A stretch of 33,813 nt of DNA from Tortispora ganteri (Eukaryota), in NCBI GenBank assembly GCA_003707115.1, contig PPNB01000020.1:124001-157813 (forward strand), given 5' to 3'. A program made the position numbers and the translations under genes. How positions within the stretch are numbered: position 1 is the first letter of the stretch; each line of letters begins with the position of its first letter. The notes below the pieces were generated by a model. The model did no database searches. It was given only the letters and a program-made list of their open reading frames with translations, and was not told the DNA's origin. Positions 1 through 10,083 of the stretch are shown in pieces.

Positions 1-886
1 GGGATTGCTGAATTTGGGTCTGATCTTGATTTTGATCCTGGCTTTTACCTTGAGTCTGGTTTTGGTTCTCACTTTTAATCTGATCTTGGACTGGAATAGA
101 AGTATTGTCATGGTTTCCATTGTGATCGGCATTCTGAAGACCGTTTGACTGGTGATCGTGGGCACGAACGTAATTCTGATCTGAATGATGGGTATTCGAA
201 TTCACCTGAACTTGTCCTTGCAGTTTAGACAATTTGGAATGTTTGCTATCAGACGCACGTACGTCAACTGGTTTATCGACCACAGATGCGTTTACTTGAG
301 AATGTTGTTTTGCGTTATTGAAGTTTGGAGGAATAGAGAAGTAACCTGAAGGGGTAATCGGACCATCGATACCAAGCATAGCTACAGTTGCGGGTGATGG
401 TAACACACCTGGAAAAAGAGATGAAAGAGTGCCTGGGATGCCAGGAGTGAGTCCAGTTCTCATTCCACTTTCTTGGGGTGTTATATCTGTCCGCATGAGG
501 TTGTGAGTCAGTGGAGATGACAGCTGAGAGTTCGGGAATAGGTTAAGTAGTGGCCCGCCACTAGGTTGCGAAGAGTTATTGACATCAGAAGTAAGGTAAT
601 TAGGTGATAAGGTGCCTGAGCGTAAGTTCAACCAAGCACTAGGCGTTGGAGGGGCAGATCCCATGAGCATAGCAGGGCCAGGCGTGGTTCCGGTGCCGGT
701 TCCGTTATTAATGTTACCAGTTCCTGTAGAATTGGTACCTACCTGGGAACCAGCAGCAGGTATCGCATCTTGGATTCCAGATAAGGCTGTTGGTGTAATT
801 TTGCCGATTGTCATAGGCGGGCCGGAGGGTCCGGTAGATTCACCAGATCGGCGCGAAAACGACTCCTCGAAAGGGTTTGGTTCCAT
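1..886 (-). CDS. ATF1: Atf1/AtfA/Sko1-family bZIP stress transcription factor, N-terminal part (runs off the left edge; bZIP domain not in window)
   Basis: Manual translation from ATG at 886 stays open to position 1: MEPNPFEESF (OSA-domain EPNPFEQSF motif), WLNLRSGTLSP (HRA motif), MRTDITPQESGMRTGLTPG (HRR motif), then a Q/N-rich region. Absent from the ORF track because the stop is outside the window. Confidence 0.9.
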   Translation of the reverse strand, partial: MEPNPFEESFSRRSGESTGPSGPPMTIGKITPTALSGIQDAIPAAGSQVGTNSTGTGNINNGTGTGTTPGPAMLMGSAPPTPSAWLNLRSGTLSPNYLTSDVNNSSQPSGGPLLNLFPNSQLSSPLTHNLMRTDITPQESGMRTGLTPGIPGTLSSLFPGVLPSPATVAMLGIDGPITPSGYFSIPPNFNNAKQHSQVNASVVDKPVDVRASDSKHSKLSKLQGQVQVNSNTHHSDQNYVRAHDHQSNGLQNADHNGNHDNTSIPVQDQIKSENQNQTQGKSQDQNQDQTQIQQS

Positions 887-2363
887 TTGAGAAAGTTTCA
901 AAATGAAAAAAACAATAAATACAAAGTAGAAATATGATCAATGAGATTTTTTAATGAAACCTCTAACGAATTCAAACAAGAAGTTGCGTCTGGGTGTGAT
1001 CCACTAGTAGCGGGGTAAACAGGTGCAGGCGGCGTTGCACGGCGTGAAGATCTTTACGGCTATGCGAAAAGCGTGAGAAACGAAAAAGATATATGTTATG
1101 TGATGTTCTGAGTGTTACCACTTTAATTTGTTGATCGATATTGCTCAACCGAGACTATCAGGCGGGATATAGTATAAATGTCCGGCTCCGGTATATATAG
1201 GCGTTGAAAGCGCAGGCGGATCGCTTGAATCTCTAGCGCTTAAACAAGACCAACGAAAAAGAAATAAAGTTACAAGTTTGAAAGTTTATATTTAGAGGAG
1301 ATGAATTAGAGCGCAAGAAAGATAACTCAGATAAAATGTCAATTTCGCAATCGTGTGAGTTATGGCGCGGGTTTGGAAAGGTAATAGATCGAAGTTAAGG
1401 AACCGATCGATGTCACTTCTTTCGCAGGTCTGGACCGCACAGAGTAAGCTTAAAGAAGTCGTCATAGCGCTGGTTCTTTTTCCAGATCTAGGGTTATTGG
1501 TATAATTCAATGTAGGTTGGTAGTTAAGCCATGTGAAGTTTACCAAAAGAAGGTCAATGACCTTTTGTAGAGTATTTAAGTTGCAGTCATCTGCATCTGC
1601 TCATATTCTGAAGTAAGTCGGTTTGCAGGAGGAACAATGGACATTTTGTGTTCTTTAGACAACAAAGGATTGATCAGTGCTCGAAACTACATCATCAGTA
1701 TAAATTGAAATAATTTGTAATTTATCATTATGATCCTCCAGAACTGCTTTAAGTAATTCAACTACTTAAACTAGTTCAGTTGTTGTTTAAACGAATAACA
1801 GATCAAGAAATCTATGTATCGGGCATCCGCCGCTCCCAAAACAGGTAATTTTGTACTAACGTCAAGGGCCTGAAAAAATTAAACATCTCTCACATGACCT
1901 CTGGCAAGCGGCCAGACAAGAAATTGTTAAATAATTCTCATCGAAGTACAATAGTGATACATTTTAAAGTTATTTAAGCGCTCGTTGCATTTATTTCGTA
2001 TCAGGGACTATACAGTGCATGCAAACTTCAATTGTATCACTTAAAGGTTAATGGGAAACTTTATAATTTGTATTATGATGTCATGTCGACTCACTGCATC
2101 TCATTGTCGTGGGATTACTCTGCATGCTGAGTGTGATGCAATAAAATTAATATATTGTTATCTGGTAAAAAAAAAAACCAAATAATGATACAGACTATTT
2201 TCTTCTAATTGCTCAAGGGCGTGTGTAGCCATATCTGAAGACGTATCGCTTCCGGGACTAATAATATTCAGCGGGTCTCAGGAACGAACCTTACATGGTC
2301 ATTTACCAACTTGCTTGACAACCAACCAACTCAAGCGTTACACAAACCTTGCGTAACGCGTTG

Positions 2364-4106
2364 ATGGAGTCGATCCTTAATGATCTGCCCTTCACATTAG
2401 AGGGTATATCGTCTTCTGAAATCCAATTTTTGGACTTGAAAAATGTTGATATATCTGCTAATTTACCTTCTTCTTATTTCTATCCCATAGCTGATCTGAC
2501 AGAACCTGCGCTGTTATATAAACAACTATCTTCCTTCTCCACTACAGATTCATCCAATCAAACGTTGCAAGCCTTTAAATCTTCTATAGCACAACAGCTC
2601 CAGAAGTACCTCATACTTGTAAGCGTAATTGCCAAACAGCCCAAAGAGAAAGTTTCTCCATCGCGATGCTTGATCTGGCTTAACGACGCTACTATGGCTC
2701 TCAGGACAATGAAATTCCTGGTAGATTCATCAGACTCAAACAATGTCATAAATAATCTCTACGAATTGTCCATTAACGGAGATCAGTTTCTTTCCAATTT
2801 GTCAACAGAGTTGCTTCAAAGTACATCCATTCCATTCTACAAATGGCTTCACCTCTGGTTAACCACCGGCTCTCTTCCTGACCAACAAAATGACGACTTT
2901 TTTATAAAATTTGTCGAAAATGACCAGTCTTTTCACATACAAAAAAATCTACTTCCTAAGTTTATTTCTTTACAGACTGCAGAAAACATTTTTCAAATTG
3001 GCAAAACTCTCGGCTTTGTTAAACTCTGTAATGATACATCTTTTCTACACTCTTGCTCGCAGAAAATAACTCCATTCTCATTCAATCAACTACCGCACGA
3101 TGCCCCAATATCCGATTATCATAAATATGTTATCAGCCATCTATCAAGCCTGCTCAATACGCGCCTCAAATTAAGCGTCCATCTCACTGCTATGAAAGAG
3201 TACCTCTTCCTTGGTAGAGGAGATTTTGTCACTCTCCTTATAGAGACTCTCTCTCCTGTTCTTTCAAGGCCTGCTTCTACTCTTTACAGACATTCATTGA
3301 CTGTCGCCTTAGAATCCGCTCTCAGAAGCACAAACTGCCAGTACTTACCGCCAGAAATTCAATCCTGCCTTGATGCCCGCTTACTTGACTTGTCTCACGG
3401 ACATACTGGATGGGATGTGTTTACTCTCGAATATAGATTTGACAGTCCTATAAATGTGGTCATCACTCCTTGGTGTTCCGTGCAATATTTGAAAATATTC
3501 AATTTGCTCTGGCGAATTCGCAGAGTGGAATATGAACTGAACTCTGCGTGGAAAAGCTCGACGTTTGGTGCCAGAAGTATACTAATGATACCCGAACTTG
3601 CTCAAAAATGGCACCCTGTGCGCGGTGCCATCTCCGAAATGATATTTTTGGTTAACCAACTGCAATACTACCTTGTTTACGAAGTAATCGAATCGTCGTG
3701 GGCTGAACTACAACACGACCTTGCGCAGCCACCAACAGGACTCGATTCAATCATACAAGCTCATCAACGCTACATAGAGCGAATTGTATATAAAGGATTG
3801 CTAGCGCCAGAAAGTGGCGATATAACAGCAGTGCTTCATTCTCTTCTGAAACAAGTTATCAATTTTACACAAACCATCGTTTCTCTTTACTCAAAATCGT
3901 TATCTAAGGCTTTGGAACCTGCTGAACATACTAGCCAGCTGCAGGCTATCTTCGACCAACTGGCAACGATTCATTCCGATTTCCGATCAAACCTGAAGCA
4001 GCTACTGATACTTCTTAGCGAGCAGCAACACGCTCAAATGCGGCCATTAGCCATTCGTTTAAACTACAACAATTTCTATTTACTCAGAAAAAAAAAGTTG
4101 ACGTGA
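2364..4106 (+). CDS. SPC98: Gamma-tubulin complex subunit Spc98/GCP3 (Alp6)
   Basis: ILNDLPFTLEGISS (GRIP1 start), YLFLGRGDF, LYRHSLTVALESALRSTN, GWDVFTLEY, YLKIFNLLWRIRRVE and RLNYNNFY are GCP3-type motifs. The track start at 2349 is TTG; the first ATG is 2364. Confidence 0.88.
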   Translation: MESILNDLPFTLEGISSSEIQFLDLKNVDISANLPSSYFYPIADLTEPALLYKQLSSFSTTDSSNQTLQAFKSSIAQQLQKYLILVSVIAKQPKEKVSPSRCLIWLNDATMALRTMKFLVDSSDSNNVINNLYELSINGDQFLSNLSTELLQSTSIPFYKWLHLWLTTGSLPDQQNDDFFIKFVENDQSFHIQKNLLPKFISLQTAENIFQIGKTLGFVKLCNDTSFLHSCSQKITPFSFNQLPHDAPISDYHKYVISHLSSLLNTRLKLSVHLTAMKEYLFLGRGDFVTLLIETLSPVLSRPASTLYRHSLTVALESALRSTNCQYLPPEIQSCLDARLLDLSHGHTGWDVFTLEYRFDSPINVVITPWCSVQYLKIFNLLWRIRRVEYELNSAWKSSTFGARSILMIPELAQKWHPVRGAISEMIFLVNQLQYYLVYEVIESSWAELQHDLAQPPTGLDSIIQAHQRYIERIVYKGLLAPESGDITAVLHSLLKQVINFTQTIVSLYSKSLSKALEPAEHTSQLQAIFDQLATIHSDFRSNLKQLLILLSEQQHAQMRPLAIRLNYNNFYLLRKKKLT

Positions 4107-4119
4107 TTAGCTTTCAAAG

Positions 4120-4305
4120 TTAATTCGTTTTTGATGCTGCAAGTTGTTCAACGTTCATGCGACGATATATAAGTTCTTTGAGCGTCGGCTCATCAGCACG
4201 CAGATGCACCTTTTCACTCGTGTAGTAGGCAGATATGCCAACAAACACCGCAAATAGAGGATCTATCCATTTTGAGAATAAGTATTGGTATTTTACTGGT
4301 GCCAT
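4120..4305 (-). CDS. NCE101: Nce101-family small membrane protein (61 aa)
   Basis: YLFSKWIDPLFAVFVGISAYYTSE...TLKELIYRR matches the Nce101 pattern (DP, single TM helix, YY, LxEL..RR). Confidence 0.8.
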   Translation of the reverse strand: MAPVKYQYLFSKWIDPLFAVFVGISAYYTSEKVHLRADEPTLKELIYRRMNVEQLAASKTN

Positions 4306-4403
4306 TATTGTTGATTTTAGAAGGCCCTTTTCCCGATAGGATATCTCGAAAAGGGATAAGGTTAGTGGTTGTGGTGGGAAAAAAAACTGTACTACACCAC
4401 CAC

Positions 4404-4413
4404 GAAAATTTCA
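4404..4413 (-). promoter_or_regulatory. RRPE-like element upstream of UTP15
   Basis: GAAAATTTCA (TGAAATTTTC on minus) about 60 bp before the ATG of a ribosome-biogenesis gene. Confidence 0.45.
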
Positions 4414-4474
4414 CGATCCGCAACTGCTTTAAGACATCTGATTCATAAAGGCAACTTGTCTATATTTTTTCTAC

Positions 4475-5932
4475 ATGTCTACTCCGCTACAGAGAATTGT
4501 GCCAGAGAAGACGCCACATATAGCTGCTCAACTTACTCCTGAACAGAAGAAATGGAAAGAATACAAGGATACCATTATCTACCGTGAACATGCTGCCATA
4601 TCGCATATTCATTTCAGCCCCGTGGCTCCCTATGACTTTGCAATTACATCTTCTACAAGAATTCAAGTTGTTTCTGGAAGAACTAGACAAATAACTAAGA
4701 CAATAGCTAAGTTCAAGGAAACTGTCTACTCTGGAGAGTTTCGTGCCGATGGTCGTCTCATCTGTGCCAGTGATGCTAGTGGTCAAGTACAGGTTTTTGA
4801 TGCAACCAGTCGATCATCTTTGCTGAGCTTGCATCCTACCAATTATCCGACACAAGTTTGTCGATTTCACCCCTCTAGAAATGCCACTCTTGTCACTGGT
4901 TCAGATGATCGCACTTTAAGAGTCTACGACATATCAACACTAAACGATGAACCGACATCCGTCTTTACTGGCCATGAAGACTACGTGCGAGCCGCTTGTT
5001 TCCCGGATCCTAGCAGTAATATAGTTGTGTCTGGATCGTACGATGGTACAGTAAGAGTCTGGGACTCAAGAGGTGACGGTTTAGTATTGAATCAAGGCGA
5101 ACCCATAGAGTCAATCGTGGCTATAAATTCTAACGTGGTGGCTGTTGCTAGTGGGCCTACTATCACAATCTGGGACTTGATTTCAGGCAAATCTGTCAAG
5201 ACACTGACAAATTTCCAGAAGACTGTCATGGACCTCACAGTATTACCTGATGGCCTGATGGCTGGAGGTTTAGACGGTCACGTCAAAGTGTTTGATTCTC
5301 AGTGGAACGTAGTGAATGGCTGGAAGTTTGGCGGCCCTGTTTTGTCTGTTGGTATGTCCCCTGACATGAAACATGTGGTTACTGGTCAGTTGTCTGGATT
5401 AGTAACTGTTAGATCTATTAAAGCTAAGAAATTACCTCCACAAGCTACAGTGAAATCAGCTACATATGAAAGGCTGGTGAGAGGCGCCAAATATTCGGGC
5501 GATGCAGGCTCAATAATTGTTGAAAATGAGAAAAAGAAACCAAAGCAGAACTTATCTGAGAGACTTATCAACCAATTTAGATATGGTGACGCTTTAGTAA
5601 GTTCGTTGGGTCCTGGAATAAGCAATGAAACGACAGCTATGGTCCTAGCTGCCTTAAGAGAGCGCGGAAAAATAAGAGTAGCATTGTCTGGGAGAGATGA
5701 TTCGCTATTAGAACCTCTTATAAAATGGTGCGTATCAGCTTTGAGCGATGCACGTTATTATGAGCTAGCTATCGATTGGATCGGTGTGGTTCTAGACATG
5801 TATCCTGCTCTGATTGCCCAGTCTCCGCTGTTGGAACAGCTACTCCGAGAGCTGGAAGGCAAGGTTAGCCAAGAGATAAACAGAAGTAGGGATGCTGTAA
5901 GGATAGAAGGCATGCTTAGAATGTTAAGCTAG
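4475..5932 (+). CDS. UTP15: U3 snoRNP/UTP-A WD40 subunit Utp15
   Basis: HFSPVAPYDFAITSSTRIQ, FKETVYSGEFRADG, GHEDYVRA, SGSYDGTVRVWD, C-terminal ALSGRDD helical domain. Confidence 0.95.
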   Translation: MSTPLQRIVPEKTPHIAAQLTPEQKKWKEYKDTIIYREHAAISHIHFSPVAPYDFAITSSTRIQVVSGRTRQITKTIAKFKETVYSGEFRADGRLICASDASGQVQVFDATSRSSLLSLHPTNYPTQVCRFHPSRNATLVTGSDDRTLRVYDISTLNDEPTSVFTGHEDYVRAACFPDPSSNIVVSGSYDGTVRVWDSRGDGLVLNQGEPIESIVAINSNVVAVASGPTITIWDLISGKSVKTLTNFQKTVMDLTVLPDGLMAGGLDGHVKVFDSQWNVVNGWKFGGPVLSVGMSPDMKHVVTGQLSGLVTVRSIKAKKLPPQATVKSATYERLVRGAKYSGDAGSIIVENEKKKPKQNLSERLINQFRYGDALVSSLGPGISNETTAMVLAALRERGKIRVALSGRDDSLLEPLIKWCVSALSDARYYELAIDWIGVVLDMYPALIAQSPLLEQLLRELEGKVSQEINRSRDAVRIEGMLRMLS

Positions 5933-6088
5933 GAGTTCACGAGAATAATGAAATACATTTACAATGGTGCACAGTTGCTCATAGTCACATGATTCACGAG
6001 GCTGTTGGGAGTATAGGTCTCAGAAGAAATCTCTCCCACCGACACCCTCTTTACAACGCTTTAAAGACATCAAGAAAAACAACGTGCA

Positions 6089-7051
6089 ATGGAGCAAGAA
6101 CGAACTTTACAGGGCATAATTGATCAAGATACACTGAGATGGATATTTGTAGGTGGTAAGGGAGGCGTGGGAAAGACTACTACGTCGTGTTCGCTGGCTA
6201 TACAACTAGCGAAGAAACGCGAGAATGTTCTATTAATTTCTACAGACCCTGCTCATAACTTATCTGATGCATTTGGCCAGAAATTTGGGCCCGAAGCAAG
6301 AAAAGTAAATGGGTTTGATAATTTGAGTGCTATGGAAATCGATCCTGCTGGCTCGGCTCAAGGATTCCTCGAACAAGCTAATGCCAATCCTGGCATGAAT
6401 AACATGTTGCAAGATCTGTCCACTTCCATTCCCGGCATAGACGAAGCTATGTCGTTCGCGGAAGTAATCAAGCAAATTAAGAGCCAAAGTTTTTCTGTCA
6501 TTGTGTTCGACACTGCTCCAACTGGTCATACGTTGAGATTCTTGCAGTTTCCTACTGTTCTTGAATCTGCCTTGGGCAAATTCAGCAAATTGGGCAAGCA
6601 GTTTGGCCCTATGATTGGCTCCTTACTTGGACAAAGCATGGATCAAAACGATTTGTTCTCGAAGTTAGAAGATATGCGCGCGCAATCTGCGGAGGTGAAT
6701 AAGCAATTCAAAGATCCTAACCTGACCACTTTTGTTTGCGTATGTATTGCCGAATTTTTAAGTTTATACGAAACTGAAAGACTAGTCCAAGAACTTACAT
6801 CTTATGAAATCGACACACACGCAATTGTTGTCAATCAACTGCTAGATCCTGAGAAATCTAAATCGTGTCCTCAGTGTTCAGCTCGAAGCAAAATGCAACA
6901 AAAGTACCTTGCTGAAATAGATGATCTTTACGATGACTTTGCGGTAGTAAGACTACCGCAGCTAACTTCTGAAGTTAGGGGTAAGGATATGCTTACCAGC
7001 TTCAGTGAAATGCTCGTCGATGAATCTAAGCAAATTAAACCGCCAGAGTGA
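6089..7051 (+). CDS. GET3: Get3/ArsA ATPase for tail-anchored protein targeting
   Basis: [11 protein letters not shown]-loop, [35 protein letters not shown] zinc site. Confidence 0.97.
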   Translation: MEQERTLQGIIDQDTLRWIFVGGKGGVGKTTTSCSLAIQLAKKRENVLLISTDPAHNLSDAFGQKFGPEARKVNGFDNLSAMEIDPAGSAQGFLEQANANPGMNNMLQDLSTSIPGIDEAMSFAEVIKQIKSQSFSVIVFDTAPTGHTLRFLQFPTVLESALGKFSKLGKQFGPMIGSLLGQSMDQNDLFSKLEDMRAQSAEVNKQFKDPNLTTFVCVCIAEFLSLYETERLVQELTSYEIDTHAIVVNQLLDPEKSKSCPQCSARSKMQQKYLAEIDDLYDDFAVVRLPQLTSEVRGKDMLTSFSEMLVDESKQIKPPE

Positions 7052-7912
7052 AACAACTGCCAACGTTCCTTCATTATATCCAATCATTCACGTTTACCCC
7101 TACACCAACGAATCTAACTCAACTATATTAATCCGTGGCAAATTGAGAGAAGCTATAATGGCGTTTAAGCTGTTATATGATTTCTTTATGATTATGTAAC
7201 ATCTATTAATTCTAAAAAGTATTACAGCTAATCTCTGATGATATTCTGTAAAACTTGGCTATTGTCAACTCGCGCTGGTGCACGCTGCGCCCCTACTTAT
7301 TCTCCCAAAGAACATGATAAGCTGTAGTATTATTTTAATAATCCTACTAAATTATCTTGTTAATATATGAATTTGTTTTTTTATCTGTTGTACCGCATGA
7401 AATTCAGCGAATAGCGGCAAGCAGTACATACAAATCAGTCTACAATCTCGCGCGCTTACCAGAATAAAGTTCAAATCACCCCAGATATTCCGACCTAACT
7501 TTCTTCCTTTGTCTATTTAGGGACTACCCCACCAAGCATGTGAATAATCCGAATTATCACCAAACAGGTCAAATAAAGCGACCACATAGCATATAACAAA
7601 TGCATAATACTTTGTAGACTGCATTTCTATAAGTAATCCACAGTATATCAGTTTTTAAGGGGATTTGGACGTGATTGACGCGAGTTTTACTATCGGTATA
7701 AAACGGTATCCCTTCCTAATTCGGTAAGTACAGCCTAAACTCTAAATCTATTGTCGTCTTCTGTTCTTTTCGTTCGATTGTGACTCACCACTTTTCATAA
7801 AATTCGGCTTTACATTACAATTATTAACTCTCTTGTTCAGTAAACTCCCGGATACTTTTAGTCTACAACACTGCTTATGGTAAGCTCAATAAATCGGGTC
7901 TTTGTGTTTCAT

Positions 7913-7924
7913 TTATTCGCGGGG
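7913..7924 (+). promoter_or_regulatory. Mig1/CreA glucose-repression site in ICL1 promoter
   Basis: TTATTCGCGGGG fits WWWWWN-SYGGGG. Further SYGGRG cores lie on the minus strand at 7479-7484, 7527-7532 and 8139-8144. Confidence 0.5.
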
Positions 7925-8175
7925 AGGCCATGCCGTTCTTCGGATCTATCATCTGGCCTCGTCGATCAAAACCACTCTGGACTTTTCTGATTAACTAAGA
8001 AACCTAAAACTGATTTAGAGGTAAGGGTTTAAGCTTTAGTATAGTAACATGACCACTAATATATACTGGTTTATATTCAGAGCACAACCTTAAACCAAGA
8101 TAAGGCCTTACTATTGGTGAATGAAACGACCGGCCATACCCCGGACTCCTGTCCGAGTGAACCCGACCCCTTTGG

Positions 8176-8208
8176 CCGAGGTAATAATATCATCGTATAA
8201 TATAAATA
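8176..8208 (+). promoter_or_regulatory. CCGAGG (FarA/Por1/Ctf1-type fatty-acid response site) plus TATA box of ICL1
   Basis: CCGAGG at 8176-8181 and TATAAATA at 8201-8208, within a CGG/CCG-triplet-rich patch (8130-8260). Confidence 0.5.
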
Positions 8209-8445
8209 CCATACGGCTTGCCTCACTCGGACTACGACCAGAGCTTCAGTGAATAAACCGAATAAGTACTAAATACTAGTATTTATTTAATCTACCTCAG
8301 TAAAATTAAAAACAGAAGGAAATTCTTATTGCTTCTATCTGTTCTTACTTGATTCGAAGAATCCACTCAAAATAGCCTTTGATCTTGTGACGTTTTTGAC
8401 TCCATTACCTATTTTCTTCTTCGTCTGCTTTACTCTGTAACAATC

Positions 8446-10083
8446 ATGGCTTATAGCAAAATTGACCTCGATGCCGAGGAGCTCGAATATCAGCAACAGA
8501 TCGCTGATATAAAAAAATGGTGGTCTGAACCTCGTTGGAGAAGGACGAAACGTGTCTATACTCCTGAAATGATTGCGTCGAAGCGTGGAACTTTGCAACC
8601 AGATTATCCGAGCTCCGTACAATCGAAGAAGCTCTACAAGTTGCTCGAACAACATGATCGGGAAAAATCTGTTGCTTTCACTTTCGGTGCTCTTGATCCT
8701 ATCCATATCACGCAGATGGCGAAATACCTCGACACTATCTACGTCTCCGGATGGCAATCTTCTTCGACTGCCTCTACTTCCAATGAGCCCAGTCCTGACC
8801 TTGCTGATTATCCCATGGATACTGTACCTAACAAGGTCGAACAGTTGTGGTTTGCTCAACTTTTCCATGATCGCAAACAAAGAGCTGAACGTCTCTCTGT
8901 CTCTAAGGCCGAACGTGCCAAGTTAAATTACATCGATTTCCTTCGCCCTATAATTGCGGATGCTGATACCGGTCATGGCGGTATCACTGCTTTATTGAAG
9001 CTTACCAAAATGTTCATTGAACGCGGTGCTGCCGGTATCCACATCGAGGATCAAGCTCCCGGAACCAAGAAGTGTGGTCATATGGCTGGTAAAGTGCTTG
9101 TCCCTATATCGGAACACATTAACCGTCTCATCACTATTCGTGCTCAAGCTGACATTATGGGCTCTGATCTTATCTGTGTTGCTCGTACCGATTCGGAGGC
9201 TGCCACTCTCCTCACTTCCACTATCGATCCTCGTGATCATGCATTTATTCTCGGAACCACTGTTCCTGGAACACGTGGACTTGCTCAGGTTATGTCTGAA
9301 GCCGAGCTCCGTGGTGTTACTGGTGATGCTCTCCAGAAAGTGGAAGACGACTGGACTGCTGCTGCTGACTTGAAGCTTTTTGATCAAGCCGCCATTGACG
9401 CCATAAACGCTTCTAGCTTGTCTGCATCTGAGAAGGCTGCCGCTATAAAAGAATTCACTCAAAATTATAAGGGCAAGTCTAATGAAGCTGCTCGTGAACT
9501 TTTGTCCAAGGTTACTAAAAACCGTGTCTCTGTCTACTTCGACTGGGAAGCACCTCGTACCCGTGAAGGCTATTACCGTTACCGCGGAGGCACACAATGT
9601 GCTGTAAACCGTGCTGTTGCATACGCTCCCTACGCGGACATGATTTGGATGGAGTCAAAACTACCCGACTATGCTCAAGCCAAAGAATTTGCTGACGGCG
9701 TTCACGCTGTCTGGCCTGAACAGTGGCTCGCTTACAACTTGTCGCCCTCTTTCAACTGGACCACTGCCATGAAACCGGATGATCAGGAGACTTATATTAA
9801 GCGACTTGGCAAGCTTGGATACGTCTGGCAGTTCATTACCCTGGCTGGATTACATACTACAGCATTGGCTGTCGATAATTTTGCTAAGAACTACTCCGAA
9901 ATTGGCATGCGCGCCTACGGTGAGACCGTTCAGGCCCCTGAAATTGCCAGCAACGTCGAAGTTGTTAAGCATCAAAAATGGTCCGGTGCTGAGTACATTG
10001 ATTCTCTTTTGAAACTTGTACAAGGTGGTGTCTCTTCTACCGCCGCTATGGGCAAGGGTGTCACTGAAGATCAATTCAAGTAG
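8446..10083 (+). CDS. ICL1: Isocitrate lyase (glyoxylate cycle)
   Basis: KKCGHM catalytic signature, [40 protein letters not shown]-terminal GVTEDQFK; strong codon bias. Confidence 0.98.
   Translation: MAYSKIDLDAEELEYQQQIADIKKWWSEPRWRRTKRVYTPEMIASKRGTLQPDYPSSVQSKKLYKLLEQHDREKSVAFTFGALDPIHITQMAKYLDTIYVSGWQSSSTASTSNEPSPDLADYPMDTVPNKVEQLWFAQLFHDRKQRAERLSVSKAERAKLNYIDFLRPIIADADTGHGGITALLKLTKMFIERGAAGIHIEDQAPGTKKCGHMAGKVLVPISEHINRLITIRAQADIMGSDLICVARTDSEAATLLTSTIDPRDHAFILGTTVPGTRGLAQVMSEAELRGVTGDALQKVEDDWTAAADLKLFDQAAIDAINASSLSASEKAAAIKEFTQNYKGKSNEAARELLSKVTKNRVSVYFDWEAPRTREGYYRYRGGTQCAVNRAVAYAPYADMIWMESKLPDYAQAKEFADGVHAVWPEQWLAYNLSPSFNWTTAMKPDDQETYIKRLGKLGYVWQFITLAGLHTTALAVDNFAKNYSEIGMRAYGETVQAPEIASNVEVVKHQKWSGAEYIDSLLKLVQGGVSSTAAMGKGVTEDQFK

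Noticed and set aside
612..890. 92-aa plus-strand ORF
   Set aside because: Antisense shadow of the ATF1 CDS, with a non-ATG start.
1292..1546. 84-aa minus-strand ORF
   Set aside because: Non-ATG start, no recognisable motif, intergenic composition.
2184..2238. Possible C/D snoRNA (ATGATA...CTGA)
   Set aside because: Imperfect C box and no convincing rRNA complementarity upstream of the D box.
8128..8260. 5S rRNA-like words (CGGCCATACC, TACGACCA)
   Set aside because: Similarity stops after about 10 nt; no 5S internal motifs or fold.
8335..10074. Several long alternative-frame and antisense ORFs over ICL1 (likewise over PRB1, FCY2, NTH1 and the ABC gene)
   Set aside because: Expected by-products of codon bias in real genes; no motifs.
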